Positions 19,205-27,875 of a stretch of 32,000 bases of DNA are shown here, piece by piece. Positions within the stretch are counted from its first letter, which is position 1. Every line of letters starts with the position of its first letter. The DNA comes from Acaryochloris thomasi RCC1774 (GTDB lineage Bacteria; Cyanobacteriota; Cyanobacteriia; Thermosynechococcales; Thermosynechococcaceae), in NCBI RefSeq assembly GCF_003231495.1, contig NZ_PQWO01000001.1, positions 60,001 through 92,000 of the forward strand. Direction: 5' to 3'. The notes under the pieces are model-generated. The model was given only the letters and a program-made list of their open reading frames with translations. It was not told where the DNA came from and made no database searches. Made by a program: the position numbers and the translations under genes.

Positions 19205-20857
19205 TCAGATAGAAACGGCATAGGTTACAAGCTGAGCTAGACGCTGGCGTAGGGTCTCAAAACCGATGCGATCGCAAGCTCCAATAAACACCGCCTGAGG
19301 GAATTCTTCCTTCGCATAATTCAGCGTTTCCCCATCCACCTGATCAATCTTATTGAAGGCAATCAGAATCGGCCCCGGCGTCACCGGCATCGTCGTCAAA
19401 ATTTCCATCACCGATTGAATATGATGCTCCCAAGCCGGATGCGATAAATCCACCACATGCAGAAGCGCCTCAGCTTCGGTCACCTCTTCTAAGGTGGCAC
19501 GGAAGGCATCCACCAACGGCGGCGGTAGCTCATGGATAAAGCCAACCGTATCGATCAGTAATAGGGGCAGTGGCTCATGGCTATTAGGGGCTGTTAGCAT
19601 TAGCCGTCGGGTTGTCGGATCTAGCGTGGCAAAGAGCTGATCTGCCGTATAGACATCAGCATTGGTGAGGGCATTAAGCAGCGTTGACTTACCCGCATTG
19701 GTGTAGCCCACCACCGCAATAGAGGGAACGCCCTGATGCTGACGACGCTGACGCATCCGCGAGCGGTGGGCCTGGAGCTGAGTGACTTCTTTTTGCAGGC
19801 GACTCAAACGCCGCTGGATGCCCCGCCGCTCGGTTTCTAACTTTGTCTCACCCGGACCTCGGGTGCCGATACCACCCCCCAATCGAGACATCGCAAGCCC
19901 ACGTCCTGAGAGTCTCGGCAATTGATATTCAAGCTGGGCCAGTTCGACCTGTAACTTACCGGCCTGGGATTGAGCGCGCTGGGCGAAGATATCTAGGATT
20001 ACTTCGGTGCGATCGCAAATCCGAATCCCGATCTGAGTCTCTAAATTCCGCACCTGCGCCGGAGACAAATCTCGATCAAAAACAATCAGGTTCGCGCCTA
20101 ACGTCTGCGCCCGCAGCGCCATTTCTTGCACCTTTCCTTGGCCCACTACCGTTTGAGGATGAGGCTGGGTCCGCTTTTGCCGCAGCGTTTCCAGAACCGT
20201 TCCCCCGGCACTATCTACGAGCATCGCCAGCTCTTCAAGACCTTCCTGAAAACGCACAACCGTGTCCTGCTGCACCATCAAGCCGACCAAAAGAACGCGA
20301 TCACCCGTGACATTAGCCTGCTGGGCCACCGCCTGTCTGAACTCAGTTTCTAGCCCATCCACCAACGCCAAGAAATCTTGCTGACTCAACTGATCCAGGC
20401 TCAGCGCAGGCGTCGTCGTCCAAGGCATTTCTGGGTGAGGGATTAAATGAGCTAAATAAGCATCTTTGACGTAGCCCGTTGCACCGCCGCCCCGTCGTTC
20501 AAAACCCTCACCCGTCAAAGTCAGAACCGCTAAAGCATCTAATCGCTGCAGCGCCATGGCCGTCAATGACGACTCACTCGGCGTCTCTCGTTTAAGCTGA
20601 GTCGCGATACAGCGAATTCCACACAATCGCTCTGCACCGTAGCGTGGCAGCTCTAGTGGTGGAATCTGGGTTTGATGAGGAGAGCCAATTCCAATGCGAA
20701 TGACCTGCCCCCGTCGATTGAGATAGCTACAGATGGGCTGGTGAATCTCGCTGCTGATCGCTGCTAAACGCTGGGCGAACTCCGGCGTCGTCAAACAATC
20801 ACCCGGCAATCGTTGATGGTAAAGACGCTTAAGTTGCTTAATATGGCTCGGCTTCAA
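19205..20857 (-). CDS. hflX: GTPase HflX
   Basis: 550-aa ORF with G-domain motifs GYTNAGKSTLLNALT, DTVGF and NKID, plus the long cyanobacterial-type N-terminal domain. The ORF-track start is TTG 20857; see the finding on a possible upstream non-canonical start. Confidence 0.93.
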   Translation of the reverse strand: MKPSHIKQLKRLYHQRLPGDCLTTPEFAQRLAAISSEIHQPICSYLNRRGQVIRIGIGSPHQTQIPPLELPRYGAERLCGIRCIATQLKRETPSESSLTAMALQRLDALAVLTLTGEGFERRGGGATGYVKDAYLAHLIPHPEMPWTTTPALSLDQLSQQDFLALVDGLETEFRQAVAQQANVTGDRVLLVGLMVQQDTVVRFQEGLEELAMLVDSAGGTVLETLRQKRTQPHPQTVVGQGKVQEMALRAQTLGANLIVFDRDLSPAQVRNLETQIGIRICDRTEVILDIFAQRAQSQAGKLQVELAQLEYQLPRLSGRGLAMSRLGGGIGTRGPGETKLETERRGIQRRLSRLQKEVTQLQAHRSRMRQRRQHQGVPSIAVVGYTNAGKSTLLNALTNADVYTADQLFATLDPTTRRLMLTAPNSHEPLPLLLIDTVGFIHELPPPLVDAFRATLEEVTEAEALLHVVDLSHPAWEHHIQSVMEILTTMPVTPGPILIAFNKIDQVDGETLNYAKEEFPQAVFIGACDRIGFETLRQRLAQLVTYAVSI

Positions 20858-21163
20858 GCCCTTCAGGTTGCCGTAGATCGTTTCGATAAGCCCTCCAATA
20901 GTTTTCCTTCATTACATACACTCATTGTAAAGGGGACTTACTGAGGACCGAGACAAGGAGGCACTGACAATCAGCCAAGACTACCAGCCTAAGAGCATTA
21001 AAGTACTTTGTTGTTATTGGTAAAGTCTAGGAAGTTTTCGGTAGGCTCGTCCCAGGCAGAAATAATTGAGCAGCATTTGCAACCGCTTTTCGGCAATTTT
21101 GAACTGAGTAGCTGAGCCTAAATAAACGCTGAACCCACCTGTAGAATAATTGTGTCTGCCTAC

Positions 21164-21898
21164 TTAATCTTCTGACCAGTCTAGGTTGTAAGCAAAGAAA
21201 TTGCCGACTCGGGCGGCAAACGACGGATCTTTGAACGGGACGAACTCAACTCGAAATCTTAAAGAGGTGAGGCAATCCGCCAAATCTCCCAACGTATATT
21301 CTGTATACCCATCCATGAGCGCAGCGGCGGGCCATTTTTCCATCAAATGATATTCGCCGGTAATATACTGCACCTGCTTCAAGCGTTTGGCGGTCAGCAG
21401 AATAGGGAATTCACTACCCTCACAATCCACCTTCAAAATACGCACCGACTGATCACCAATGATGTCATCTAAGGCAATAGTCTCCACCGCCTTACCTGCA
21501 CTCCCAAACACGGAGGGGGTCCCCGTATTCATGTCGCCGGGGGTAATCGGGTCAGGACCATCGAGAAGCATCGGGGAAAAGCCCGTCAAAAAAAGCGGTG
21601 ATAGCGGCGAAGGATCTAAGGTCCATACGGCTTTATTCGCTAAGGTGACGGAGGTCGCGGCTAGATTGGACTGACACAGCTCAAAATTTTCAGGAAAGGG
21701 TTCGAACGCAAAGATTTTTCGCGCCCCCCGTTGCCAGCAGAGGTGAGAAAATGAGCCGATATGCGCCCCGATATCAATGATCACATCTGTGGGCTGCAAG
21801 GTTTCTGGAATACGGTATTCGTTGTGTTCCCAAATATACTGGCGAATAATTTCATCACTGGTGTTAGGGCGCAGAACAAAATTAGACATAGATTTCAT
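21164..21898 (-). CDS. FkbM family SAM-dependent methyltransferase
   Basis: Contains the SAM-binding motif VIIDIGAHIGSFS, then AFEPFPENF and LKVDCEGSEFPIL, which are typical of FkbM. I chose ATG 21898; alternatives are GTG 21913 and ATG 21889. Confidence 0.8.
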   Translation of the reverse strand: MKSMSNFVLRPNTSDEIIRQYIWEHNEYRIPETLQPTDVIIDIGAHIGSFSHLCWQRGARKIFAFEPFPENFELCQSNLAATSVTLANKAVWTLDPSPLSPLFLTGFSPMLLDGPDPITPGDMNTGTPSVFGSAGKAVETIALDDIIGDQSVRILKVDCEGSEFPILLTAKRLKQVQYITGEYHLMEKWPAAALMDGYTEYTLGDLADCLTSLRFRVEFVPFKDPSFAARVGNFFAYNLDWSED

Positions 21899-22006
21899 GG
21901 ATTGAGAACACACAGAATTGCATTAAGAGAAACAGACTCAATCATACTGGGCAACCGTCCCCCCGAAGTAACTAGCTCGAGCTGACAATAGCTTTACAAT
22001 AGTTTT

Positions 22007-22258
22007 ATGAACGCATTTGACCCTGCTCCTCCCAGTTGGACCCAGTCTTCGGTCCATGCCCATCAATTTAGCTGTCCGCAATGTCAGGCAAGCTGCCTTG
22101 AAGCCGAACAGGTCTGGATCAACCGTCGTGCCCCTGTCGTCAATGACAAGTTCGAGCGGCGATGGCAGGAATTTTATCAGTGCCACTGTGGTCAAGCTTG
22201 GTGGGCCTGGAGTTGCGATCGCCCCCCCACAGAACTCTCACAGCGGGCCCCCCAATGA
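22007..22258 (+). CDS. Small Cys-rich (zinc-ribbon-like) hypothetical protein
   Basis: 83-aa ORF with a CPQC ... CHC arrangement. Its stop overlaps the ATG of the next gene (ATGA at 22255-22258), which suggests translational coupling. Confidence 0.5.
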   Translation: MNAFDPAPPSWTQSSVHAHQFSCPQCQASCLEAEQVWINRRAPVVNDKFERRWQEFYQCHCGQAWWAWSCDRPPTELSQRAPQ

Positions 22259-23019
22259 TCTGGCAAAAAGTGGCCGGGAACTGGGTCTTGTTGCCCCGTC
22301 ATCCCATCGCCGTGATTCACTTCTTAGGGGGAGCCTTTATCGGTGGTGCCCCCCAAACAACCTATCAACGTTTCCTAGAATCTCTTTGCGAGCAAGGATA
22401 CGCCATTATCACAACCTCTTTTGATACCGTTGTGGATCATTTTGGGGTGGTTGACGATATTGCCGCTAAGTTTGCAGCCGTTCAGACCGAACTCCATGCA
22501 ACAAGTCGCCTCAAAAGATTTCTGCCCGTCTACGGTTTAGGACATAGCATGGGCTGCAAGCTACACCTGATGCTGGGAAGCCTGTATAAAATCGAACGGG
22601 CCGGGAATATCTTGATTTCTTTCAACAACGAACGAGCCGAACAGGCCATCCCGTTTTCTGAATTCCTGAGTCCTGATGCTCCACTTGTCTTCAGACCTTC
22701 TCCCAACGAAACCCAGCGTTTAGTCCAAGAGCATTACCAAGTCCGCCGAAACTTGTTGGTCAAGTTTTCCAACGACAGTCTGGATCAGACCCCAAAACTG
22801 GCCTCTCTGCTAGAGCAGCGGTTCCCCGGAATGGTCGTCGTTCAGCGTCTGTCAGGCAATCACCTCACACCAATGGGCCCCGATCTCAACTGGAAAGCGG
22901 GCGAGAACTTTACCCCCTTTGATGCCGTGGGCCAGTGGATCCGGCAGGGTGTCTATCGGGAACTGAGGCAGCTGGAAAGTACGGTTGTACGGTGGTTAGA
23001 TCCGCTGAGAGTAAGCTGA
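22255..23019 (+). CDS. DUF1350-type alpha/beta-hydrolase-fold protein
   Basis: Begins MIWQKVAGNWVLLPRHPIAVIHFLGGAFIGGAP, with the GHSMG nucleophile elbow. I trimmed the ORF-track start (22162) to ATG 22255, because the upstream 31 codons overlap the preceding ORF. Confidence 0.75.
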   Translation: MIWQKVAGNWVLLPRHPIAVIHFLGGAFIGGAPQTTYQRFLESLCEQGYAIITTSFDTVVDHFGVVDDIAAKFAAVQTELHATSRLKRFLPVYGLGHSMGCKLHLMLGSLYKIERAGNILISFNNERAEQAIPFSEFLSPDAPLVFRPSPNETQRLVQEHYQVRRNLLVKFSNDSLDQTPKLASLLEQRFPGMVVVQRLSGNHLTPMGPDLNWKAGENFTPFDAVGQWIRQGVYRELRQLESTVVRWLDPLRVS

Positions 23020-23169
23020 TCCAAACCCCTGCAAGAACAACACCATTCTTTAGAGAGAGGAATACTAAAAAAAGAGAGCGATGTTCTACCCCACTGAAGT
23101 CGAGGAAGTAGTGGGACTCAATCTTACTTAGCCCCAGAGCCTTGTAATACTCAGTCACCCCACTTGCAA

Positions 23170-23679
23170 ATGACCGTTGAAGAGTTGTTAAATCACTATG
23201 CCGAGGGAGAGCGGAACTTCAAGGGCATTCAGCTACCACGGGCGCAGCTCAGTCTGGCGGAGTTGAGCCACGGCATCTTTCAAAACGCCAACTTCAAGGC
23301 AGCCTCTCTGCACGGCGCAGATCTGATTTTAGCTCAGCTCAATCGAGCCAATCTTGATGGCGCAAAACTATTTGGAGCCAATCTCAGCGGAGCAGACCTA
23401 ACAGAAGCGAATCTTGACAGCGCGTTTTTGAGTAATGCTATTTTGGCAGGCGCTTGTTTAAAGCAGGCCACGCTTCGGGGCGCGACTCTAAGCAGCAGCA
23501 TGCTGCGAGGTGCTCAGCTCCAGTATGCAGATCTGAGAGACATCAACGTTAAGGGAGCAGATCTCAGCGGCGCTGACCTATTCGGAGCCAACTTAACCGG
23601 CACTGATCTGACAACAGCAATTTTACAAGACACACTGATGCCAGACGGCAGTATCCTAAGCTCGGGCAAACCAGCGTAA
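23170..23679 (+). CDS. Pentapeptide repeat protein
   Basis: Runs of A(D/N)LxG-type quintets, for example ANLDGAKLFGANLSGADLTEANLDSAFLSNA. I chose ATG 23170 over the ORF-track TTG 23164. Confidence 0.9.
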   Translation: MTVEELLNHYAEGERNFKGIQLPRAQLSLAELSHGIFQNANFKAASLHGADLILAQLNRANLDGAKLFGANLSGADLTEANLDSAFLSNAILAGACLKQATLRGATLSSSMLRGAQLQYADLRDINVKGADLSGADLFGANLTGTDLTTAILQDTLMPDGSILSSGKPA

Positions 23680-23696
23680 GAGCGCCAGACGACCGA

Positions 23697-23730
23697 CGTC
23701 CCCCACTTGCGAACTTCCAAGTGAGGGACG
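23697..23730. terminator. Strong hairpin between convergent genes (possible bidirectional terminator)
   Basis: CGTCCCCCACTTG - cgaacttc - CAAGTGAGGGACG pairs at 12 of 13 positions. There is no clear U-tract on either strand, so its role as a terminator is uncertain. Confidence 0.45.
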
Positions 23731-23769
23731 AAGAGACTCATCGCTTATGAATATTCCCTGCAGAAATCC

Positions 23770-24237
23770 CTATTTTGCTGGGTTGATGTACATTAATGTC
23801 TGGCCGAACTCCACAGGTTCACCGTTCTCTACTAAAATTTCCATCACTTCGCCATTCAGCTCAGCCTCTAGCTCATTCATGAGCTTCATTGCCTCGATAA
23901 TGCAGAGTGTTTGATTCTTTTGAACGCGATCGCCCGTTTCCACAAAGGACGGCTCCTCTGGAGCTGGCGCACGGTAGAAAGTGCCCACCATGGGAGACGT
24001 AACCTTGACCCACTTTTTGTCAGGCCCAGAGGCGGGGGCGGGTTCTGCGTCAGGGACAATCTCTAGTTTGGGTTCTAGAGGCGTGGGTGCTGATGTTGTG
24101 ACCACGGTTGTACCCGCTGGACTATTGCCTTTGCGGATATTTAGTTCAAAGTCTGCACTCTTCAGCGATAGTTCCTCAACATCAGTTTGGTTGAGAATCG
24201 CAAGAAGTTCATGAAGCTGTTTAAGATCAAAATCCAC
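23770..24237 (-). CDS. accB: Acetyl-CoA carboxylase biotin carboxyl carrier protein
   Basis: Contains the biotinylation motif IIEAMKLMNELEAE and a Pro/Ala-rich linker. I placed the start at GTG 24237, preceded by GGAGGTG. The 24 extra codons of the ORF track would overlap efp. Confidence 0.93.
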   Translation of the reverse strand: MDFDLKQLHELLAILNQTDVEELSLKSADFELNIRKGNSPAGTTVVTTSAPTPLEPKLEIVPDAEPAPASGPDKKWVKVTSPMVGTFYRAPAPEEPSFVETGDRVQKNQTLCIIEAMKLMNELEAELNGEVMEILVENGEPVEFGQTLMYINPAK

Positions 24238-24247
24238 GGTACACCTC

Positions 24248-24808
24248 CTATTCGCGTCCGAGATAGGAATCTGTGCGCGTATCAATTTTAATGCGTTCTC
24301 CTTGGGCAATAAAGAGGGGCACCATCACTTGGGCTCCAGTCTCTAAAATTGCAGGTTTTGTACCACCAGTCGCGGTATCTCCTTTAACGCCGGGGTCAGT
24401 TTGAGTAATTTCTAAAACGACTGAGGTAGGGAGTTCAACTTCAAGCACCCGCTCATTCCAGAGGATAACTTTGACGTCCATGCCCTCTTTAATATATTTG
24501 CCGCCAGCTTCACCAAGCTGCTCTTGGCTCATGTTGGTTTCTTCGTAGGTCTCCATATTCATGAAAACGTATTGGTCACCATCTTTGTAGGTGTGCTGCA
24601 TATCGCATTTTTCCAGATTGGCCTGGGGCAGCATTTCACCGGCCCGGAAGGTTTTCTCCATGACGTTGCCGCCCTGGACGTTCTTCAGCTTAGTCCGAAC
24701 AAAGGCAGACCCTTTCCCCGGCTTGACGTGCAGGAATTCAACTACCCGCCACACAGAGCCGTCCATCTCAATGCTGGTGCCGGTACGAAAGTCATTACTG
24801 GAGATCAT
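24248..24808 (-). CDS. efp: Translation elongation factor P
   Basis: 186-aa ORF beginning [43 protein letters not shown], the canonical EF-P sequence. The efp-accB adjacency is conserved. Confidence 0.97.
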   Translation of the reverse strand: MISSNDFRTGTSIEMDGSVWRVVEFLHVKPGKGSAFVRTKLKNVQGGNVMEKTFRAGEMLPQANLEKCDMQHTYKDGDQYVFMNMETYEETNMSQEQLGEAGGKYIKEGMDVKVILWNERVLEVELPTSVVLEITQTDPGVKGDTATGGTKPAILETGAQVMVPLFIAQGERIKIDTRTDSYLGRE

Positions 24809-24953
24809 TATGGCTGCGCTAGAACAATCGGCAATTTATTTTACCGTCCTGCGGTCCATGCCGATGCTTGATTTGTGGGGAAGCGGCACCAATCTATCTG
24901 AGGCTCTCAGTTTTTGCTAAGGTATCAAAAAGTCTAAGTAAGGATACTGTCTG

Positions 24954-25238
24954 ATGTCTGATGCTTTATCTCCTGCGGTTAGCGATCGCATCTGTAAGCA
25001 CATGAACGAAGATCATGGCGAAGCGGTGGCGGTCTATGTGCAGATCTATGGTCAAACGCCCGAGGCCACAGCCGCTGAGATGAAAAGTATTGACAATCAG
25101 GGAATGAACTTAGTAGCCCAAGTCAACGGCGATTCTGTCCCCGTGCGGGTGGAGTTTGACCACGCGCTACAGGATTCTGAAGATGCTCATCAAACCCTCA
25201 TTGCGATGCTTAAGCAGGCACGTCAGGCGGCCCACTGA
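24954..25238 (+). CDS. DUF2470 domain protein
   Basis: 94-aa ORF with ICKHMNEDHGEAVAVYV, the HMNxDH signature I associate with DUF2470. Confidence 0.6.
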   Translation: MSDALSPAVSDRICKHMNEDHGEAVAVYVQIYGQTPEATAAEMKSIDNQGMNLVAQVNGDSVPVRVEFDHALQDSEDAHQTLIAMLKQARQAAH

Positions 25239-25330
25239 CTATATTCGAGCCTGTCACTGACTAACCTTTTCACCTTATGGAGCAGTTCGCCTCACCACTA
25301 TAGTTACACCGTAGGAACAGCCATTGTCTC

Positions 25331-25819
25331 GTGAAAGTCATACTACTCGGTAATGCGGGCGCAGGGAAAAGCACCCTTACCCAAAAACTACTTGAAAAAG
25401 AGCGAGCCGCTGTTCTGTCGCTCGACGAAATTGTATTTGAAGAGAAAACGGCCAACCGACGCCCTTTAGCGGATAGTATTGCCGCAGCAAAACGCTTCAT
25501 CGCATGTAACGAAAGCTGGGTCATTGAAGGCTGTTACGCTAATATTCTGGAGCCGCTATTAGGAGAATGCGAGCAGCTTATTTTTTTGAATCCTGGTGTT
25601 GAGGTATGTCTATCGCATTGCCGCAGCCGACCGTGGGAACCGGAAAAATTCGATACGGCGGAAGCACAATCAAATAACTTTGAAAACCTGATTCAGTGGG
25701 TAAAAGAGTACAACACAAGGCAAGATGAATACGGCCTAGCCAGACATCAGGATTTGTTTAATTCTTTCAATGGCAGCAAGCGTGAGTTTAACGACCCATC
25801 AGAATACGCTGCGGTATGA
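25331..25819 (+). CDS. Small P-loop NTPase (adenylate-kinase/shikimate-kinase-like AAA family)
   Basis: GTG start. It has Walker A GNAGAGKST at residues 7-15 and a size (162 aa) and layout like small nucleoside/nucleotide kinase-fold proteins. Confidence 0.75.
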   Translation: MKVILLGNAGAGKSTLTQKLLEKERAAVLSLDEIVFEEKTANRRPLADSIAAAKRFIACNESWVIEGCYANILEPLLGECEQLIFLNPGVEVCLSHCRSRPWEPEKFDTAEAQSNNFENLIQWVKEYNTRQDEYGLARHQDLFNSFNGSKREFNDPSEYAAV

Positions 25820-25993
25820 CACAAATCATTTGCACGGGATAACTTTTTTGCTCGCTGCCGCTCACTCCAAAGTTTGCTGTGAACTTAGCGCTCATTCTTC
25901 CGTCAGATTTTCATCAAATATATTGTTGAACGCAGCTCAAAGAAATGGGGGTTAGGCTAGAATGGCAGCCAGCGCTTCACAGAAGATGTCATC

Positions 25994-26620
25994 ATGCAGA
26001 CCCTGACCTTCGAGCTGCCTCAAGAGATTTCCCTTCGCGTCTCTCAATCAGAATTTATAGCGATCGCAACAGCCAACCGCGACTTACGATTAGAGCGCAC
26101 TGCCGATGGAGAGTTAATTGTGAATCCCCAAACTGGGAGCGAGTCGAGCAGACGCAATATCAGCATTACAGCTCAACTCTGGAACTGGGCTGGAGCAAAC
26201 GAATCCTTGGGCATAGCTTTCGAGTCATCCGGTGGCTTTAAGCTGCCCAGTGGAGCAACTCGCGCTGCTGATGCCTCCTGGGTTAGTAGAGATCGCTGGG
26301 ATACCTTGACTGAAGAAGAGAAAGAAGGCTTTGCCCCCCTATGCCCCGACTTCGTAGTCGAATTACGCTCAAAGAGCGACAGCCTCTCCTCGCTGCAGAC
26401 TAAAATGCGTGAATTCGTAGAAAATGGTGCTCGTCTAGGCTGGCTCATTGATCCACAAAACCAGCACGTAGAAATTTATCGTAGCGGTCAGAGCGTTCAA
26501 CTTTTAGAGCAGCCCAGCCAGCTTTTTGGAGAAGATGTACACTTCCCGGCTTTACCCTTAACTTGCAAGGTATCTTGTAATCGCAGAGCATTCTCTTGGC
26601 AGTATTCTCTAACCATCTAG
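25994..26620 (+). CDS. Uma2 family (DUF820) PD-(D/E)xK nuclease-fold protein, apparently frameshifted near the 3' end
   Basis: Contains LERTADGELIVNPQTG, GGFKLPSGATRAADASWVS, CPDFVVELRSKSD and GARLGWLIDPQNQHVEIY, which are typical of Uma2. The canonical C-terminus, TLPGFTLNLQGIL-stop, is encoded in another frame at 26539-26580. Confidence 0.85.
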   Translation: MQTLTFELPQEISLRVSQSEFIAIATANRDLRLERTADGELIVNPQTGSESSRRNISITAQLWNWAGANESLGIAFESSGGFKLPSGATRAADASWVSRDRWDTLTEEEKEGFAPLCPDFVVELRSKSDSLSSLQTKMREFVENGARLGWLIDPQNQHVEIYRSGQSVQLLEQPSQLFGEDVHFPALPLTCKVSCNRRAFSWQYSLTI

Positions 26621-27864
26621 TCATCTTCGGACAATCTCTGCCCCATTGCCTGACCGGCCAGCCAAGCTGTAGTCCAGGCACTTTGAAAGTTAAAGCCCCC
26701 AGTAATACCGTCAATATCAAGAACTTCCCCGGCAAAGAACAGCCCCGGACAGCAGCGACTTTCCAAGGTCTTAAAGTTAACTTCCTTGAGTGCGACCCCG
26801 CCACAGGTGACGAATTCATCTTTGAAAACTCCTTTGCCCTGAATGCTGTAACTGTCCTGCGTGAGGTGTGCGGTCAGATGGTTCAGCTCTTTTTTTGAGA
26901 GGTCTGCCCAGCGTTTTTCGGCGGGTACAGCAGCGGCGTCAACGAGTCTTTGCCAGAGGCGCTGCGGAATCTGTACGGGATTGTAGGTTGAGATCGCACG
27001 TCTAGCCATTTCCCCTTTAGCCGTTTGTAAGATCTCCCGCACCTGCTCCATCGATGTATACGGTAGCCAATTGACAAGCAACTGTCCTCGATACTGAGCA
27101 GTATGTAATGCACGTGCACCCCAGGCTGACAGCTTTAAAACAGCGGGACCGCTGACACCCCAGTGGGTTACCAACAGCGGTCCCATTTGCTCAAGCGTGG
27201 AGACTTTACCGTTTTCATCTGCAGTCTTCAGCCGCACATGCACCGGATTTACGGAGACACCCGCTAAGTTTTCGAGGCGAGAATCCCTAATTTTGAATGT
27301 AAATAATGACGGAACTGGAGAGATAATTTTGTGCCCCAATGATCGAGCGATGCGCCAACCTTGGGGGCTGCTGCCGGTTGCCAAGAGGATGCGATCGCAT
27401 CTCCTCTCTCTTCCAGACACCATCGTCACCCGAAAACCTCTAGCCTGTTTGACAACGCTAGAGACGGCAGCGCCTGTCAGAATCTCGATCCCTAGACGCC
27501 TCGCTGTCTGCAGCAAGCACTGAACAACCGTATCGGAATCATCCGTAACCGGGAACATGCGGCCATCGGCCTCTGTTTTCAGCTTCACCTGATGTCGGGC
27601 ATACCAGGCTACCGTATCCTGGGGCTGAAAGCGGCTGAAAGCACCCCGCAGTGCCTTCCCTCCGCGTGGGTAATGCTGCACCAGCGCCGCCGGGTCAAAG
27701 CAGGAATGCGTCACATTACAGCGACCACCGCCCGAAATTCGCACCTTTGCCAGCAGCGTTTTCCCAGCCTCTAGCAGCGTAACTTGAGCCTGAGGACAGG
27801 CTTCAGCACAGGCGATCGCACCAAAGAATCCGGCAGCACCGCCGCCCACGACCACAATTTTCAT
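26617..27864 (-). CDS. NAD(P)/FAD-dependent oxidoreductase, HI0933/BaiN-like flavoprotein
   Basis: 415-aa ORF beginning MKIVVVGGGAAGFFGAIACAE (dinucleotide-binding motif), with GGGRCNVTH and the FFAGEVLDIDGITGGFNFQ C-terminal motif. Confidence 0.88.
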   Translation of the reverse strand: MKIVVVGGGAAGFFGAIACAEACPQAQVTLLEAGKTLLAKVRISGGGRCNVTHSCFDPAALVQHYPRGGKALRGAFSRFQPQDTVAWYARHQVKLKTEADGRMFPVTDDSDTVVQCLLQTARRLGIEILTGAAVSSVVKQARGFRVTMVSGRERRCDRILLATGSSPQGWRIARSLGHKIISPVPSLFTFKIRDSRLENLAGVSVNPVHVRLKTADENGKVSTLEQMGPLLVTHWGVSGPAVLKLSAWGARALHTAQYRGQLLVNWLPYTSMEQVREILQTAKGEMARRAISTYNPVQIPQRLWQRLVDAAAVPAEKRWADLSKKELNHLTAHLTQDSYSIQGKGVFKDEFVTCGGVALKEVNFKTLESRCCPGLFFAGEVLDIDGITGGFNFQSAWTTAWLAGQAMGQRLSEDD

Positions 27865-27875
27865 GGGCAGCTCGC

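Noticed and set aside
19843-20310. 155-aa plus-strand ORF antisense to hflX
   Set aside because: It has a Pro/Arg/Ser-rich composition typical of the antisense frame of a GC-rich gene, and hflX on the other strand is unambiguous.
22162-22254. 31-codon N-terminal extension of the DUF1350 ORF
   Set aside because: The extension is low-complexity and overlaps the Zn-ribbon ORF. ATG 22255 (MIWQKV...) with an ATGA stop-start overlap is the more economical model. The two models remain to be tested.
24238-24309. 24-codon upstream extension of accB (ORF-track start 24309)
   Set aside because: It would overlap the last 60 nt of efp. A GGAGGTG-spaced GTG at 24237, just after the efp stop, gives a normal-length BCCP.
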